In this document: piece after piece, positions 61,510 to 64,000 of the stretch
Layout: each line of letters begins with the position of its first letter
Numbering within the stretch: position 1 is the stretch's first letter
Assembly: GCA_051294375.1 (NCBI GenBank)
Contig: CM119271.1
Location: 5,237,281 to 5,301,280 of the forward strand
DNA length: 64,000 nt
Source of the DNA: Paraspadella gotoi
Taxonomy: Eukaryota; Animalia; Chaetognatha
Direction: 5' to 3'
The notes under the pieces: generated by a model
Database searches by the model: none
Told to the model about the DNA's origin: nothing
What the model saw: only the letters and a program-made list of their open reading frames with translations
Translations under genes and position numbers: made by a program

Positions 61510-62751
61510 GAGAAGCGAGAGAGAAGAGACACTACAGAATGGTCTTTGCTCGCGAGGAATTTAATAACGACAATAGGAGAACAGGCGAATCCCGTTCTGT
61601 CGCGACAACGCGACTCACAACACAACAACGACAACGACAACAATAACAACCAAAACGAGCACATGATAACTCGACCAAATCGCGCTTTTTTTTTCCGCCT
61701 CCGCCCGACGCGTCGTTCTCGTTCTCTTTCCGCCCTCCTCAGCGCTTCATTCTTACGAGGCCCGGCCCGCGAGCGTTGAAATTGAAAAACTAAATGAATC
61801 TGTAGATTAAGATAAAAGCTGGAGTGGTGTCATCCGCGTAGGCGGTCGTACCGGGGGGGTTAAGGGTCCGGAGAATTGTTTAGCATCGATGGTATTGTTT
61901 ATATACATAGCCCGTTGGGCTCGTACAGGTAAGACGGACAGAAAGATAAGCTTAATAAGGCCTCTTTAAGACGAAGGAGGAAGGCATCACCTATCCAGAA
62001 TGAAGTCACGTAGCGAAGTGAAATTGAAAAACAAATTTTGCGCGGGAGAGAGAACGAGAGACGTAATGTCTATTTAAGGCGAAACGAATGTTTCTTTCTG
62101 CGAGTAGCGGCCTCTTTGTTTTCTATTCGGAGGATTCTTAAATATTCCAGAATGTATATATAAATAGGGACGACTAAAGAAAAATAAAAAAAAAGTTAAT
62201 TACGTTGATTAATAAAATTATGTACTTCGGATGACACAGCAAAATATATTTGAAATACATTGAGGTAATTTAAGTGGATAAGAAAAAACATTTTGAGACT
62301 AATCAATCGAACCAATTAAAATAATTCGGGAAAAAATTGTAAAAATATTGTAAACAAAAAAGTATAAGTTTAATTCATGAAAAAATATTTTTCAAAAATT
62401 AACCAAACATTTCTTTCTTCGAATTTTTGTACCTAAGCCAAAAAGTCAGCAGAAACGTCTAATATTTCGACATCCAACCGATACAACTAACGATTCACGA
62501 TTCACAACTCACGATTCACGATTCACAACTCACAAAAGGCGACGCCCCTCCGCCTCCCCCCTTCCCAAAGAAAAAGGAAACTCGATCCCTCGAGTCAAAT
62601 TTTCTCCCCCAAAAAAACTCAACATTTTTTTTCTTTTTCTTTTTCTCGAAGTCTGCGCATCAATTTTCCTCTCCCCCCCCTTTCACCCCCATCCCGTTTT
62701 CAATCCCCAAAAATCATATTTCGTTGCGTTGCTCATTTTGTTAAACATATA

Positions 62752-62794
<43 letters not shown>

Positions 62795-62818
62795 AGAGGA
62801 GAGGAGAGAAGAGAGAGA

Positions 62819-62870
<52 letters not shown>

Positions 62871-63180
62871 AGGGAGAAACGAGAATGGCGCGATACAGCG
62901 GGTTTTTTTGGGAGGGCGAACACCAGGTGGCTCTGGTTGTAAAATGTGACAAAAGAGCAATCGGTTTTTCCAATGCAGTCTTCGTTCTCCGTCGTCGTTA
63001 TAGGAGGGCGATGGAAAAAATGAAGGATCAGAGACAAAACCATTTTTCAGAGAGAAAAGGAAAGGAGAGGAAGGGAGAAAAGAAGGGATAGGAGAAGAGA
63101 GGAAAGGAGGAAAGAAGGGAGAGGAGAGGAGAGGAGAGGAGAAAGGAGAAGAGAAGGAGAGGAGGTTAGAATAAAATAGG

Positions 63181-63330
63181 AAGGGAGAGAATACAAAGGA
63201 AAGATAGAGGAGAGAAGAGAATAGAAAGGAAAGATAGAGGAGAGGAGAGAATAGAAAGGAAAGATAGAGGAGAGGAGAGAATAGAAAGGAAAGATAGAGG
63301 AGAGGAGAGAATAGAAAGGAAAGAGAGGAG
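63181..63330. repeat. 30-bp minisatellite (AGAGGAGAGAATAGAAAGGAAAGATAGAGG)n, ~5 units
   Basis: Directly visible tandem units. Confidence 0.9.
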
Positions 63331-63562
63331 ATGATCAAAAGTGATAAAAAGAAAAAAAAACCCTACTAACATAACATGACGTAACATAACACTACATCAT
63401 TATGAGATGTAAAGGGTTGAATAATTAAAATACGGTAAAAGAAAGAAAGAAGATGATGATGATGATGCATAGGGAAGAAAAAAAAAGAACACGAGAGAAA
63501 AATAAAGGAAAAACATGAAATATGAAGTGGAAAGGAAAGATAAAACAGAAGAGAGAAAAAAA

Positions 63563-63725
63563 GAGAGAACGATTAAATGAAAAAAGAGAGAACGATTAAA
63601 TGGAAAAAAGAGAAAACGATTAAATGAAAAAAAGAGAGAACGATTAAATGGAAAAAAGAGAAAACGATTAAATGGAAAAAAGGGAGAACGATAAAATGGA
63701 AAAAGAGAGAACGATTAAATGGAAA
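63563..63725. repeat. 24-bp minisatellite (AGAGAACGATTAAATGGAAAAAAG)n, ~7 units
   Basis: Directly visible tandem units. Confidence 0.9.
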
Positions 63726-64000
63726 ATTGAAACAAAAGGTGAGAGTCGAGGGTGACCTGAGCAAAAATAGAATGAGGTGGACAAGTTATTACAATTTAGT
63801 TATAACATTGCTTCTTTCGATAAATGTCATAATAAAGGAAATAAATGTACAGTGTGATTTTTAATAAAAATCATATATAAAAAATAATTTAGTCGCTCAG
63901 GAAAAAATTTAGTACGCACTCAGACTGACAGGCGGACGAAAAGAAAAAATAATAAAGAAAGAAAGAGAAATAAAACGACAGAAAAAGAAATAAGGACAAG

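Overview
AT-rich, microsatellite-rich eukaryotic (probably invertebrate animal) scaffold with many N gaps; the organism cannot be identified from the sequence. Two genes can be built by hand. (1) A two-exon minus-strand gene (7067->6425) encodes a 194-aa secreted precursor: a signal peptide followed by two tandem ~83-aa [propeptide + C-C-CC-C-C knottin/ICK-like domain + one extra Cys] units, ending in a possible amidation signal (GK*). It looks like a double-knot toxin/defence-peptide precursor and is flanked by two Helentron-associated (DINE-1/HINE-like) elements. (2) A fragmented minus-strand gene (at least 59418 down to ~32735) encodes a single-pass Ig-superfamily membrane protein of nephrin/Kirre/Sidestep-like architecture; eight consecutive exons (49518-36594) join in phase. 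About a third of the window (16.9-32.4 kb and ~37-43.6 kb) is indel-riddled direct or inverted copies of neighbouring sequence. These copies share haplotype-specific indels, include fold-backs with degraded SMRTbell-like adapters, and abut 25-N gaps, so they are most likely uncorrected long-read gap-filling artefacts rather than real duplications. Most ORFs in the supplied track are spurious products of microsatellites or N runs.
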